61,574 nucleotides of DNA, from assembly GCA_013416795.1 (NCBI GenBank), contig RQSC01000998.1:1-61574 (forward strand), read 5' to 3'. The translations under genes and the position numbers were made by a program. Every line of letters begins with the position of its first letter. The first letter of the stretch is position 1. Shown here piece by piece: positions 1 through 10,816 of this stretch. The DNA comes from Prasinococcaceae sp. CCMP 1430. Taxonomy: Eukaryota; Plantae; Prasinodermophyta. Below the pieces are notes generated by a model. The model had not been told where the DNA came from. It ran no database searches and saw only the letters and a list, made by a program, of their open reading frames with translations.

Positions 1-736
1 GACCCCATCGACGGGACGGCGGGCTTCCTTCGCGGCTGCGCCGCGCCGCGCCGGCGGCGGCGGCTCTCGAGGCGGCACGCTCTTTTTTGCCGCCCTCCGC
101 CCGCCAGGCCGGCGGCCGCGGGCCGGCGGAACGAGCAAAAAACCGGACCGCGCGCGCTCGCCCTCCAACCAACCAACCAACCCATCGATCGAACTGCCGG
201 TCAACATCAGTCTGTGCACGAAGGGTCTGCCCAGGGAGCGCGTGGCGAAGCCGGCCCCTCCACCCCCCGCAGCTTCAGTCAGCTTCGCCGGGCACCGGCC
301 AAGGAGCGAATCGCGGCGTGCGCCCGCGCGAAATGTTTTCCGTCGAGTACATCAAAGCGCACTCGGGCGCCCTCGGCGACCTCGACTCTGATACGAGGTC
401 AAAGTGTGCGCTTTCGCGGACGACCGCGCGCGAAAAGGAAGGGGCCCTGCACCATCGAGGCCTCGGTCGGGGTCGGCAGCCTCGGCCTGTCCGCGCCCAT
501 CCCCTGGCTCGACGGAGGCTGGTTGGTTCGGGTTCCCGCCGCGCGAACACCCGCACGGCGCAATTCGGAATTCACGCGGGCCGAGGCGCGCGGCGCGGCG
601 CGCCACACCCCGGCGCCAACGCACAGCGAGCGGCGACGCGGCGCGCCGGGGGCGTCAATCGGCAGGCGAGAGGCGAGCTGCGCGCTCCGCCGAGAGGGCG
701 AAGCAGGTCGTCCGCCGCGGCTGGGCGCGGGCCACC

Positions 737-1687
737 ATGTCCGCCGCCGCGCGCCGCCGCAGCGAGGCGGACGACGCGGGCGCGTCGCCCTCCAAGCGCT
801 CTCGGCACGAGGCCAAGCAGGTGGCGCTCGCGGGCGCCCGCGGCGAGCCGGGGCGGGACGGCGACGATCAGTCGACGCAGGTGGACGACGAGGACGACGG
901 GGAGATCGACGTGGACGCGCTCACGCAGGCCGCCGCGCAGAACACGCAGCTCGCGCTCACGCAGGCCCCGCGCGACTGGTCGTCCTCCAAGGAGCTGCCG
1001 CACAAGGAGGCCGACGACCTCGTGGCGGTCGTCATGCGCAAGATGCTCTTCGCGCACCACAAGGGGGGTGGCGCGCCGGTGAAGCGCACAGACCTCGCCA
1101 AGGAGGTCAACTCGCGGTACTCCCAGCAGAAGCGCGGCCTCGCGGACTTCATCATCGCCGAGGCGCAGGTGACCTTCCCGCAGCTGCTCGGCTTCGAGAT
1201 GCGGGGCGTCGAGCGCGTCGTCAAGCCCGCGGGCGGCGGCGCGGGCGCCAGGCGGCTGGCGGCCGACAGCGAGGAGCGCAAGGAGATGACCTACGTGCTG
1301 AGGTCGTGCCTGGCGCCGCAGCTGCGCGCTAAGTACGCCGAGACGGACGAGGGCCGCGCGTGGGCCGGGCTGTGCGCGACGGTCGTGTCGCTCGTGTCGG
1401 TGGCGGGCGGGCAGCTGAACGAGTCGGGGCTGTGGGGCTACCTGGCCCAGCTGGGGGTGCAGCGCGACTCGATCCATCCGCAGTTCGGCGACACGGCGCT
1501 CCTGCTCAAGGCCCTCGTGGACCGGCGTGTGCTGCGCGCGGAGAAGCCCACCAGCGAGGACGGCGAGACGCAGTACTCCGTCGCCGAGTACGGCGCGGAC
1601 GCGCTGCCGGAGGCCAAGCTCATCGGGCTCCTCAAGACCATACAGAGCGCCGAGCCCGAGGAGGAGGACGTGGAGGCGGCCTCCTGA
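737..1687 (+). CDS. NSE3: NSE3/MAGE-family protein (SMC5/6 complex subunit)
   Basis: ATG in GCCACCATG context at 737; acidic N-terminus followed by MAGE-like motifs (PVKRTDLAKEV, AQVTFPQLLGFEM, TYVLRS, LWGYLAQLGV, HPQFGD); intronless. Confidence 0.75.
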   Translation: MSAAARRRSEADDAGASPSKRSRHEAKQVALAGARGEPGRDGDDQSTQVDDEDDGEIDVDALTQAAAQNTQLALTQAPRDWSSSKELPHKEADDLVAVVMRKMLFAHHKGGGAPVKRTDLAKEVNSRYSQQKRGLADFIIAEAQVTFPQLLGFEMRGVERVVKPAGGGAGARRLAADSEERKEMTYVLRSCLAPQLRAKYAETDEGRAWAGLCATVVSLVSVAGGQLNESGLWGYLAQLGVQRDSIHPQFGDTALLLKALVDRRVLRAEKPTSEDGETQYSVAEYGADALPEAKLIGLLKTIQSAEPEEEDVEAAS

Positions 1688-2349
1688 GCGACGAGCGGCG
1701 CGCCGGACCCGCGAGGTCATAATACATACACACTTGTCGACAGGCAGGCCGCGCCGCTGAAGATCGCGAGGCGGCAAGACTGTCCAGCCGCGGCGCGTCA
1801 CCAGGAGAGAAGGAGAGTCTCCGCGGGCGGCGCGCGCGCAGCGCTCGCCCGCGCAATCTGCGGGCGCGCGCGCCGCCCGCCCGCCGGGCTATTAGTTGGG
1901 GGCCTCTCCCTTGGGCTCTTCGACGTCGTGCTCCTCCCACCGGTCCGCGGCGCTCGCCGCCTCTTCACCGCCCGCGATGTCCAGCACGCGCAGCTTCGTG
2001 AGCTGCTGTCGGTGTCCGTTCGTGCGCTGGTAGCCCTTCCTGCGCTTCTTCTTGTGCACGATGATGGTCGCGTCACGGAACTGCTCCTCGACGCCGGCCG
2101 TCACTGTCACGCCGTCGACCGTCGGTCGCCCGATCAGCGTGTCCTGCGCGTTTCCCCACAGCAACACGTTCTCCAGGGATACCACGTCGCCCACGCCCGC
2201 GCCGATCAGCTGGTGGGGGGGTGGGAGTGTGTGTGGGGGGGGGAGCGCGCGGTCGGCGGCACGCACGCGCGAGTCAGCAGCGGCGCGCACGGCCGTCTGC
2301 CGCGACGGCGGGGCATGGCTGCGCGGCGGGCGGGCGGCAGCGGCCGCGA
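760..2349. repeat. 1,590-bp direct duplication, copy 1
   Basis: Matches 3732-5321 at offset 2972 with no differences seen; ends at the N gap 2350-2662. Confidence 0.95.
1892..2209 (-). CDS. RPL21: Organellar ribosomal protein bL21, last exon (5' exons missing)
   Basis: VLLWGNAQDTLIGRPTV...IIVHKKKRRKGYQRTNGHRQQLTKLRV is the bL21 signature; acceptor CCACCAG precedes 2209. Confidence 0.85.
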   Translation of the reverse strand: MIGAGVGDVVSLENVLLWGNAQDTLIGRPTVDGVTVTAGVEEQFRDATIIVHKKKRRKGYQRTNGHRQQLTKLRVLDIAGGEEAASAADRWEEHDVEEPKGEAPN

Positions 2350-2662
2350 NNNNNNNNNNNNNNNNNNNNNNNNNNNNNNNNNNNNNNNNNNNNNNNNNNN
2401 NNNNNNNNNNNNNNNNNNNNNNNNNNNNNNNNNNNNNNNNNNNNNNNNNNNNNNNNNNNNNNNNNNNNNNNNNNNNNNNNNNNNNNNNNNNNNNNNNNNN
2501 NNNNNNNNNNNNNNNNNNNNNNNNNNNNNNNNNNNNNNNNNNNNNNNNNNNNNNNNNNNNNNNNNNNNNNNNNNNNNNNNNNNNNNNNNNNNNNNNNNNN
2601 NNNNNNNNNNNNNNNNNNNNNNNNNNNNNNNNNNNNNNNNNNNNNNNNNNNNNNNNNNNNNN

Positions 2663-3731
2663 GGCGGCCGCGGGCGCGACCGAGGAGGCCCTCGCGGCCG
2701 GCGGCGCGCGCGCGGCGCGCACAATCCGGCGCGTGCGCTGCGAGGACCTGTCGCTGCGCGAGTTCCGCGCTGGTGTCCAGGCGCGCTCGGAGCCGCTGGT
2801 CATCACCGGCCTCGGCGATGTCCTCACAGAGGACGGCGCTGACGGTGCGGAGCTGCGATGGCTGCGGCGGCACGCCGCGTCGAAGACTGTCGCCGTGTCG
2901 CAGCGCCATGCGCACACGCGCAGCGAGCTGCGCGCGGCCGACTACGAGCTGAGCACCGTGGGCGAGCTGCTCGACGCGGTGGACGCGGGCGAGGCGGACG
3001 GGCGCTACCTGTACGACTGCAGTCTGCCGCTGAAGCTGCCCTCGCTCCTGCAGGCCGTGCGCGTGCCGCGCTATTTTGCGCACGACTTCCTCATGCGCAC
3101 GATGCGCCTCCACGCGTTCAGCGCGAGCTGGCCGAGCCTCTTCGTGGCCGCAGCGGGCACGCAGTCCAGCCTTCACGTCGATCAGTGGCAAGGACACTTC
3201 TGGATGGCCATGGTGCGCGGTACCAAGCGCTGGACGCTCTTCGACGCCGCCGACCTTCACTTGCTGTCGCCCGACTGGGGGCGCAACACGCTCGATCCAG
3301 CAATGCCGCCGCTCGACGAGCTCGACGGGCTCGACGACAAAACCGGCAGCGAGCGGCGTCACGCGCTCGCGCGCCTCGCGCGGCGCTACGAGGTCGATCT
3401 GGGCCCCGGCGAGGTGCGGTCTGTAGCCGCGCGCGCGGCCTTGCCCGCCCGCGCATCCGCCACACGTCGGAAATGCCACGCTGCCGCTCCCGCTGACGCG
3501 CGCGCGCACACGCGCGCACGCACGCACACAGGTTCTCTACGTGCCGGGGGGGTGGCCGCACCACGTGCGCAACCTGGATAATACCGTGTCCTTCGCCGGC
3601 AACTACTGCGACGAGACCAACATCGAGCGCGCGCTCGCCGACATGCAGCTCATGGGCGCCCGTCAGGGCGACGCGATGGCCGATTCGTTCCGCGCGGTGG
3701 ACGAGGTGGACTTCGAAGAGGCAGGAGCCAC
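2663..3731 (+). CDS. JmjC (cupin 2-oxoglutarate/Fe dioxygenase) protein, partial; exons 2663-3413 and 3532-~3731
   Basis: SSLHVD (HxD), GTKRWTLF; splicing the GT-AG intron 3414-3531 restores PGE|VLYVPGGWPHHVRNL, which carries the distal His. The reading frame runs on into the NSE3 duplicate. Confidence 0.8.
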
Positions 3732-5321
3732 CAGCGAGGCGGACGACGCGGGCGCGTCGCCCTCCAAGCGCTCTCGGCACGAGGCCAAGCAGGTGGCGCT
3801 CGCGGGCGCCCGCGGCGAGCCGGGGCGGGACGGCGACGATCAGTCGACGCAGGTGGACGACGAGGACGACGGGGAGATCGACGTGGACGCGCTCACGCAG
3901 GCCGCCGCGCAGAACACGCAGCTCGCGCTCACGCAGGCCCCGCGCGACTGGTCGTCCTCCAAGGAGCTGCCGCACAAGGAGGCCGACGACCTCGTGGCGG
4001 TCGTCATGCGCAAGATGCTCTTCGCGCACCACAAGGGGGGTGGCGCGCCGGTGAAGCGCACAGACCTCGCCAAGGAGGTCAACTCGCGGTACTCCCAGCA
4101 GAAGCGCGGCCTCGCGGACTTCATCATCGCCGAGGCGCAGGTGACCTTCCCGCAGCTGCTCGGCTTCGAGATGCGGGGCGTCGAGCGCGTCGTCAAGCCC
4201 GCGGGCGGCGGCGCGGGCGCCAGGCGGCTGGCGGCCGACAGCGAGGAGCGCAAGGAGATGACCTACGTGCTGAGGTCGTGCCTGGCGCCGCAGCTGCGCG
4301 CTAAGTACGCCGAGACGGACGAGGGCCGCGCGTGGGCCGGGCTGTGCGCGACGGTCGTGTCGCTCGTGTCGGTGGCGGGCGGGCAGCTGAACGAGTCGGG
4401 GCTGTGGGGCTACCTGGCCCAGCTGGGGGTGCAGCGCGACTCGATCCATCCGCAGTTCGGCGACACGGCGCTCCTGCTCAAGGCCCTCGTGGACCGGCGT
4501 GTGCTGCGCGCGGAGAAGCCCACCAGCGAGGACGGCGAGACGCAGTACTCCGTCGCCGAGTACGGCGCGGACGCGCTGCCGGAGGCCAAGCTCATCGGGC
4601 TCCTCAAGACCATACAGAGCGCCGAGCCCGAGGAGGAGGACGTGGAGGCGGCCTCCTGAGCGACGAGCGGCGCGCCGGACCCGCGAGGTCATAATACATA
4701 CACACTTGTCGACAGGCAGGCCGCGCCGCTGAAGATCGCGAGGCGGCAAGACTGTCCAGCCGCGGCGCGTCACCAGGAGAGAAGGAGAGTCTCCGCGGGC
4801 GGCGCGCGCGCAGCGCTCGCCCGCGCAATCTGCGGGCGCGCGCGCCGCCCGCCCGCCGGGCTATTAGTTGGGGGCCTCTCCCTTGGGCTCTTCGACGTCG
4901 TGCTCCTCCCACCGGTCCGCGGCGCTCGCCGCCTCTTCACCGCCCGCGATGTCCAGCACGCGCAGCTTCGTGAGCTGCTGTCGGTGTCCGTTCGTGCGCT
5001 GGTAGCCCTTCCTGCGCTTCTTCTTGTGCACGATGATGGTCGCGTCACGGAACTGCTCCTCGACGCCGGCCGTCACTGTCACGCCGTCGACCGTCGGTCG
5101 CCCGATCAGCGTGTCCTGCGCGTTTCCCCACAGCAACACGTTCTCCAGGGATACCACGTCGCCCACGCCCGCGCCGATCAGCTGGTGGGGGGGTGGGAGT
5201 GTGTGTGGGGGGGGGAGCGCGCGGTCGGCGGCACGCACGCGCGAGTCAGCAGCGGCGCGCACGGCCGTCTGCCGCGACGGCGGGGCATGGCTGCGCGGCG
5301 GGCGGGCGGCAGCGGCCGCGA
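3732..5321. repeat. 1,590-bp direct duplication, copy 2 (NSE3 lacking its first codons, stop at 4659; bL21 last exon 4864-5181 on minus)
   Basis: Same sequence as 760-2349. Confidence 0.95.
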
Positions 5322-5772
5322 CGTGACGTTCATAGTGGGCGAGGAGCGCGAGCGCATCAGGGCACACAAGCTCATCCTCGGAGCGCGCTCGGACGTGTTT
5401 TTGACGATGTTCAACTCGCCCATGCGGCAAGGGCAGGAGGAAGGCATGGAGGTCGTGCAGGACACGCAACCCGAAGTCTTCAGAGCGCTGCTCCATTTTG
5501 TCTACACGGGTGAGCTGCGCGCGCGCGACGACACACCGGAGATGAGCCAGCACCTTTTGCGCGCGGCGGATTTCTTCAGACTCGACAGGCTGCGCCTGAT
5601 GTGCGAGAGGCGGCTCTGCGAGAAGGTCGACGCCTCCAACGTGTCGACTACTCTCGTGCTGGCGGACATGCACAACGCCCAGCAGCTCAAGCAAGTGTGC
5701 CTCGACTACGCCGCGGCCAACCTGCAGGGGGTGATGTCATCGGACGGTTTCGGGACCCTCATGCAATACGAC
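5320..5772 (+). CDS. BTB/POZ(-BACK) domain fragment, SPOP/BPM-like
   Basis: DVTFIVG...AHKLILGARSDVF..MF...PEVFRALLHFVYTG...LLRAADFFRLDRLRLMCE; no start codon; ends at the single N at 5773. Confidence 0.8.
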
Positions 5773-6475
5773 NGCGCGTCCCCCCGCCCGCCCGAGGCTG
5801 CTCCGCGCGCCGAGCCACCGCGGCAGAGCAGGCAGGCGCGCGCCCGTTCCGACCGATGGTGTCCTCCGGCCTCGCCCCCCGGGGCTCCCGATCGACGATG
5901 CCCCGACCGATGCGCGCGCCAAAGCAGCGCGTCCGAAACGAACCGGAACGCGGGGCGGAAGCTGGAGCGGAACCGATGAAGCTCTGTTGAAGTCCCCCCC
6001 CTTCCCCTTCCCCCCGCGCGTTCACATCCCCCCCGCACACCCGCTCTCCCGCCCGGCGAGGCTCGCGTCGGCCTCGGCAACAAACTAACAAATATCCGCG
6101 CGCGGCGCGATCCTCCGAGGGCGCTTTTTTTTCCGAGCGCGCTCGCTGTCGGGCGGGTGCGGGGCGACAAGGGGCGCAGGGGGAGTAGGGCACGCCTTGG
6201 CACACGCGCGTCCGAGGGCGGGCGCCACAAGGCGCGTGCGCGGGACGCGCGGGGCGGCGGCGGGTGGGGGCCGCCGAGCGGAGAGCGCGAGAGACGCGCC
6301 CCCTCGGACAGGCCGGCGACGGCGCGGCGCGGGCGCGCCGAGTCTCGCCGGACACTGCTGCCGTCGCCATCCAGCGCTCGGACAGAAAAAGACGCGGGCA
6401 TTGTTGGCGGCGGCGCGAGCGGGCAGGAAGCACGCGGCCGAGCCCGAACCCGGCGCCGTGAGCACAGCGCCGGCG

Positions 6476-8044
6476 ATGGCTGGCGCCGCGCTTGCACAGG
6501 GGGAGCCAAGGGTGGCGGCGGTGCGCGGCCCCTGCGCGCGCCGGCCGTATGCGGGCGCGCGGCTGCCGCGCCGGCCGCGGGCGGAGCCATCTCTCCGTCG
6601 CCCCGCGCGGGCTCGGGCAGAGGGAGGCGCACACGAAGAGGGCAGTCCCAGCTGCAATGCCGGCAGCGGCAGTGACCAGAGGTCGCTCGATCGGAGCCAT
6701 CGCATGCGCCCCAGCGGAGCCACGGTCGCAGCCGGCGGCGCGGCGTCAACGGCAGCCGGCACAGCAATATCAGCCGCGGCGTTCACATCCAGCGGCGGCG
6801 CGAGCAGCCCTGGCGTCTTTGAGTTTATTGCAAACCTTGGAAGAGGGGCCCTCGTGGCACTGTACGAGCTCACTTGGGGAGAGCTCACATTCCTTCTGGG
6901 CGGCGCGGTGGTTGGCCTCGCGTTGTGTCGCGCGGCCGATGTGATCGGTCAGAGGAGGGCGAACGATGGCGAGGACGGTGTCGCTTCGGACAAAATTACG
7001 GTGAGGCTCGCCTCGGGCGGCGCCGCCGACGTCGCAGTTGAAAGCAGTACCAGCAGCGGCGGCGTCGACGGCAGCAGGGGTGGTGCGCAGCGGGGCTTCG
7101 GACGTGGCACCGAGTCGGTACCCGGGTCGGGTGCTGAGGGCGCCAGCGCCAGCACCGCGCCCGCCCGTACAGTCTTCGACACGAGCGAGCGCAGCGACTA
7201 CCGGCAGCCCGAAGCGCGCACGCCGCTCGATGCGGCTGGCAGCTTTGCCGCGGCACTCACTCCGCCACCGGATGCGACGTCGTCGCTGAACGGCGACAAG
7301 GCGCTCGCCGCCGCTGCTGCTGCTGAGGATGGGGGCGCCAGTGATGAGTCGGAGCAGTCCACGACGAGCACCAAGAAGCTGCTCGAGAGCATTAAGTCGA
7401 TTCGCCACAGCGGGAACGGGGGGAGCAAAAATCGTGCAAAAGCGGCTGCCAGCGACGGCAAAGCCGGCGCCTCGCTGCTGCCGGCAACGGGCGCTGGCCC
7501 AAAGGCTGCGGATGGTAACGCCGCGCCTCGGCAGGGCATCTTTCGGTCCCTTGGACGCCGGCTGAAGAAGGTGATCGGCCGTCCGGCGGTCGAGGAGCAG
7601 GCCTTTCCGGAGCAGGAGAGCGCGTCCGACACAGTCGCGGATGGCAACGACGCTCCGAGCGAAGAACAGCAGCCATCCTCACAGACCGCAACGCGGACGA
7701 AAGTGCCGCTCTTTGACTCGTCGCTCTTGGAGGAGGCGGCGGGCCCGGCACCGTTCGGGGAAGCCGCCCGTGCCGACACCAAATGGAAACTACCAGAGTC
7801 ATGGCGCCGCGAGGAGGCGCCAAAGGAGGCGCCCAAGGAGGCGCAGGAGCGCAGGGCCAGGGGCCGTGCCGAGTCGCCAGGCATCGCCATTGCGGCCGTT
7901 GTGATGACCATTGCTGTTCCGCTCGTCTACGTTGTGGTGGATTTGGTGAGCAGCCTATCCAGTGGCTCAGAGGCGGATCCGACTTCTGACGAGGAGGGGC
8001 TCCTTGGCGGCGACGTCGATACCGGCAGTTCGAGCGACGACTAG
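6476..8044 (+). CDS. Hypothetical low-complexity protein with two hydrophobic (possible TM) segments; start uncertain
   Basis: Long ORF 6197-8044; hydrophobic stretches LTFLLGGAVVGLAL and IAIAAVVMTIAVPLVYVVV; TGTAA near 8275 downstream. Confidence 0.5.
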   Translation: MAGAALAQGEPRVAAVRGPCARRPYAGARLPRRPRAEPSLRRPARARAEGGAHEEGSPSCNAGSGSDQRSLDRSHRMRPSGATVAAGGAASTAAGTAISAAAFTSSGGASSPGVFEFIANLGRGALVALYELTWGELTFLLGGAVVGLALCRAADVIGQRRANDGEDGVASDKITVRLASGGAADVAVESSTSSGGVDGSRGGAQRGFGRGTESVPGSGAEGASASTAPARTVFDTSERSDYRQPEARTPLDAAGSFAAALTPPPDATSSLNGDKALAAAAAAEDGGASDESEQSTTSTKKLLESIKSIRHSGNGGSKNRAKAAASDGKAGASLLPATGAGPKAADGNAAPRQGIFRSLGRRLKKVIGRPAVEEQAFPEQESASDTVADGNDAPSEEQQPSSQTATRTKVPLFDSSLLEEAAGPAPFGEAARADTKWKLPESWRREEAPKEAPKEAQERRARGRAESPGIAIAAVVMTIAVPLVYVVVDLVSSLSSGSEADPTSDEEGLLGGDVDTGSSSDD

Positions 8045-8459
8045 AACTGCAAGTCTGACCATTGCGGCATGTAGTCCGAGCAGTCACAGCACCGATGGGC
8101 CCACCTCCTCGACAGATGACACCGACGCGGCAGCAGCGTGAGATGCGACCGCGAATATTCGCACGCGCTCAGCAGCAGGCAGGACGGCGGGTCGAGGCCC
8201 CGCAAACGAGTGGTCCGGGCGCAGAGGGGCGGACTGCGTTGTGCACACGCACGCGAACACACACCGCCTGCTTTGTAAGGGAGAGCAGCCGGCCAGCAGG
8301 GCACGGCGAAGCAGGAGTAGACAGGTGTTCCGAGGCAGACTCTACTAGAGAGCGCTGCAGGGCTCGCCCTCGACATTTATACAGTATACCAAGCCACGAG
8401 CCGATCGACCCATGCTGCGCACATGGCCGTAGCGTGAGCACCGACTGCCCCGAGAGAGT

Positions 8460-10463
8460 TCACGAGCTCGCTGTCGCGGCAGCCTGTCCTAGCAGAAACT
8501 TGCGGTAGACCACGAGTGCCTCCTTATCAGTGGGCATGATGTGACCGCACCTGTGCCTGACGACGACCCTCGAAGCTGCGTCGAAGCGGGCTGCCAGCGC
8601 TTCGGCCTCGCGCGCGACGCGCGCGCCGTCAGCGCCCCCGTACCCCACGTCGCCTTCTGCGCTTCCGTCACCGTAGATGTGCAGCGACGGCACGGCACTC
8701 ACGGCGCCATCTGCGGAGTCAGCGACGACAGGCGCGGCGGGCGACTCGAAGCCGGACGCGAGCACGACGAAACTGAAGCTCTCCGGCCGCCGAGACGCCA
8801 GCGCGGCTGCGACCGCCGCGCCCTGGCTAAAGCCCAATACGCCATCAAAGGGCCCCGCCGCTGCCGTCACCTCGTCGAGGCGCGCCAGAGACTGCTCCCA
8901 TCCGTACCTCTGGGCGGCCCACACCGTTGCCGCGGCTGCGGCATCCTCGGCGCCGCCCTCGGCGCCCGCGCCTGCATCTCTTTCCGGGCTTGCGCGGACC
9001 GGCCCGTAGAGCCGCTCGTGGTCCTCCCTGCCCACGAGCCACGCGCGCCTGGGCGCCGCAGGCGCGGGGGCGTTGTGACCCTCGTCCTTGGGACCGCCTT
9101 GCTCGTCTGCGCACTCAAGTCGGCGCCTCGCTCGCTGGCGTTCGTTCCACTCTCGCGGCGAGAGTAGCAGGTGAGGCGCGTCGGCGAACTTGAAGTCGAC
9201 GAGGTCTCCGAGCTTGCCGCGTAGTTTGGCGAGCCGTCCGCGAAGCTGCTTGCCGGTCTGCCTGAAGCCGTGGAGGCAGAGCACCCTGAGCCTGCGCTGC
9301 GGCGGCGGCGGCGCGCGCGCGCGCTCCGCAGCGGCGGCGGCGCACAGCGCGCACTCCCACTGCCCCCCGGCTTGGTCCGCTGCGGCCGCACGCGCTCCGT
9401 TGCACGCCGCGCAGGCAACGACGAGCATGCGGCACTTTCCGCACCGCTGTCGGCCGCCGACGGCGTAGTCGCTGCACGGCGCGCCGCATCCGAGGCACTC
9501 GCCGACCGCCTCGCTCGTGCCCCCGCCGCTGCCGCGCCCGCAGTGCTCGCCTCCGCCGAGCGTCGTGCCGTAGTCCGTCGCCAGCCGGTCGTCGTACACG
9601 AAGAGTTTGCCCCTGAAGAGCCCCCGCGTGCCGTAGGCATCGAGATAGCGGTGCACGCCGCCGCTGAGCTGGTAGCAGTCGAGCACGCCCAGCTCCTTGC
9701 GCAGGTAGGCGCTGGCGCGCTCGCAGCGCACGCCGCCCGTGCAGTACATCAGGCAGCGCTTCCCGCGCAGTGCGCGCTCGTTGTCTTCCGCCCACTGTGC
9801 GAAGTCGGACATTTGGCGTATCTGCGGCGTGAGCGTCGGCGGAGGGCGCTCCACGGCGGCCGTCGGAGCGGGTGTGCCGCCCGGGCCCGCATCCCCACCC
9901 GCGCTCGCTCTCGCTTCGGCGGCAGGCACCTCGAATCGGCCAATCGCCGACTCGTACGCGTTGCGCGCGTCGATGAGCACTGTGTCCGCTGCGGTGCCAG
10001 CATTGGCCAGCGCGTGCCACTCCTGGGCGCTGAGGTGTACGCCCGCGTCCGCCACGGTTGCTCGCGCAGCGCGCGGCCCCAGCGTGACGAGCTCGCCCGT
10101 GACGCGCACGTGCAGCGCGTCGACGCCGCACTGGGCGGCGAGCGCCCCGTCCGCGCCGTCCGCTGCCTCTCCAGGCCCGTACTTGAAGTCGACGCCGGCC
10201 GCGGCGGTCCCGAGCGCCTCCGCGCACCCCAGCGCGCGCTGGTGCGCCCGCAGCTGGCGCTCGCTCCCGCGCAGCGTGGCGTTGGCCCCGTCGGCCGCCA
10301 CCCGCACCCGCCCGACGAGGCCGCGCGCGCCGCAGTCGCGCTCGTACCAGCGTGCGACGTCGCGCTCGCGTCCGGCGAGCGGCGCGTAGCAGTAGTAGAG
10401 CAGCACCTGTCGCGTGGCGTCGACATCCCCAGGCGCGCCCTCCTCCGCGGCGTCCGAGGCCAT
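8460..10463 (-). CDS. Rhodanese (TrhO/TSTD2-like) fused to FSH1 serine hydrolase (plant STR6-like)
   Basis: VLLYY, GRVRVA.DG.N, IDARNAYESAIGRF, YCTGGVRCE, CxxC cluster; then LCLHGFRQ, GFSQG and HIMP of the FSH1 family. Confidence 0.9.
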   Translation of the reverse strand: MASDAAEEGAPGDVDATRQVLLYYCYAPLAGRERDVARWYERDCGARGLVGRVRVAADGANATLRGSERQLRAHQRALGCAEALGTAAAGVDFKYGPGEAADGADGALAAQCGVDALHVRVTGELVTLGPRAARATVADAGVHLSAQEWHALANAGTAADTVLIDARNAYESAIGRFEVPAAEARASAGGDAGPGGTPAPTAAVERPPPTLTPQIRQMSDFAQWAEDNERALRGKRCLMYCTGGVRCERASAYLRKELGVLDCYQLSGGVHRYLDAYGTRGLFRGKLFVYDDRLATDYGTTLGGGEHCGRGSGGGTSEAVGECLGCGAPCSDYAVGGRQRCGKCRMLVVACAACNGARAAAADQAGGQWECALCAAAAAERARAPPPPQRRLRVLCLHGFRQTGKQLRGRLAKLRGKLGDLVDFKFADAPHLLLSPREWNERQRARRRLECADEQGGPKDEGHNAPAPAAPRRAWLVGREDHERLYGPVRASPERDAGAGAEGGAEDAAAAATVWAAQRYGWEQSLARLDEVTAAAGPFDGVLGFSQGAAVAAALASRRPESFSFVVLASGFESPAAPVVADSADGAVSAVPSLHIYGDGSAEGDVGYGGADGARVAREAEALAARFDAASRVVVRHRCGHIMPTDKEALVVYRKFLLGQAAATASS

Positions 10464-10816
10464 CGGCTGTGCGGGAGGGGGGAGGGAAGGGTGGGGATGC
10501 GCCCGCGGGGGCGCGCGCGCGCCCGCGCGCGCCTGCCCGCGACCGTTCGTTCAATGCAATTTGATGATGCCCTCGAAAAACGACCCCAGACCGCTCGATT
10601 CGGAGCGCCGCGCGGCGCGCCGCCGCCGCCGGACGCGCGCCCGGCGTCGATTCCCCATCAGATGCTGGATGCGGGCCGCGCGCGGGACGACCAACGGAAC
10701 GAACGAACGAACGAACGGAGGGAGCGCGGGGGCGGGATGCGCCGCAGCGCACCCACCCGCGACCACACAAAGGGAAGGTGCGGCGACGGTCGGCGACAGT
10801 GCTTCGGGGCCGGGAA

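Noticed and set aside
2052-3581. ORFs running through the N gaps (also 37807-39084, 38235-40826)
   Set aside because: Their length is an artefact of translating N as X.
8460-10463. Rhodanese-FSH1 fusion as a novelty
   Set aside because: The same architecture is already known in plants (STR6-like).
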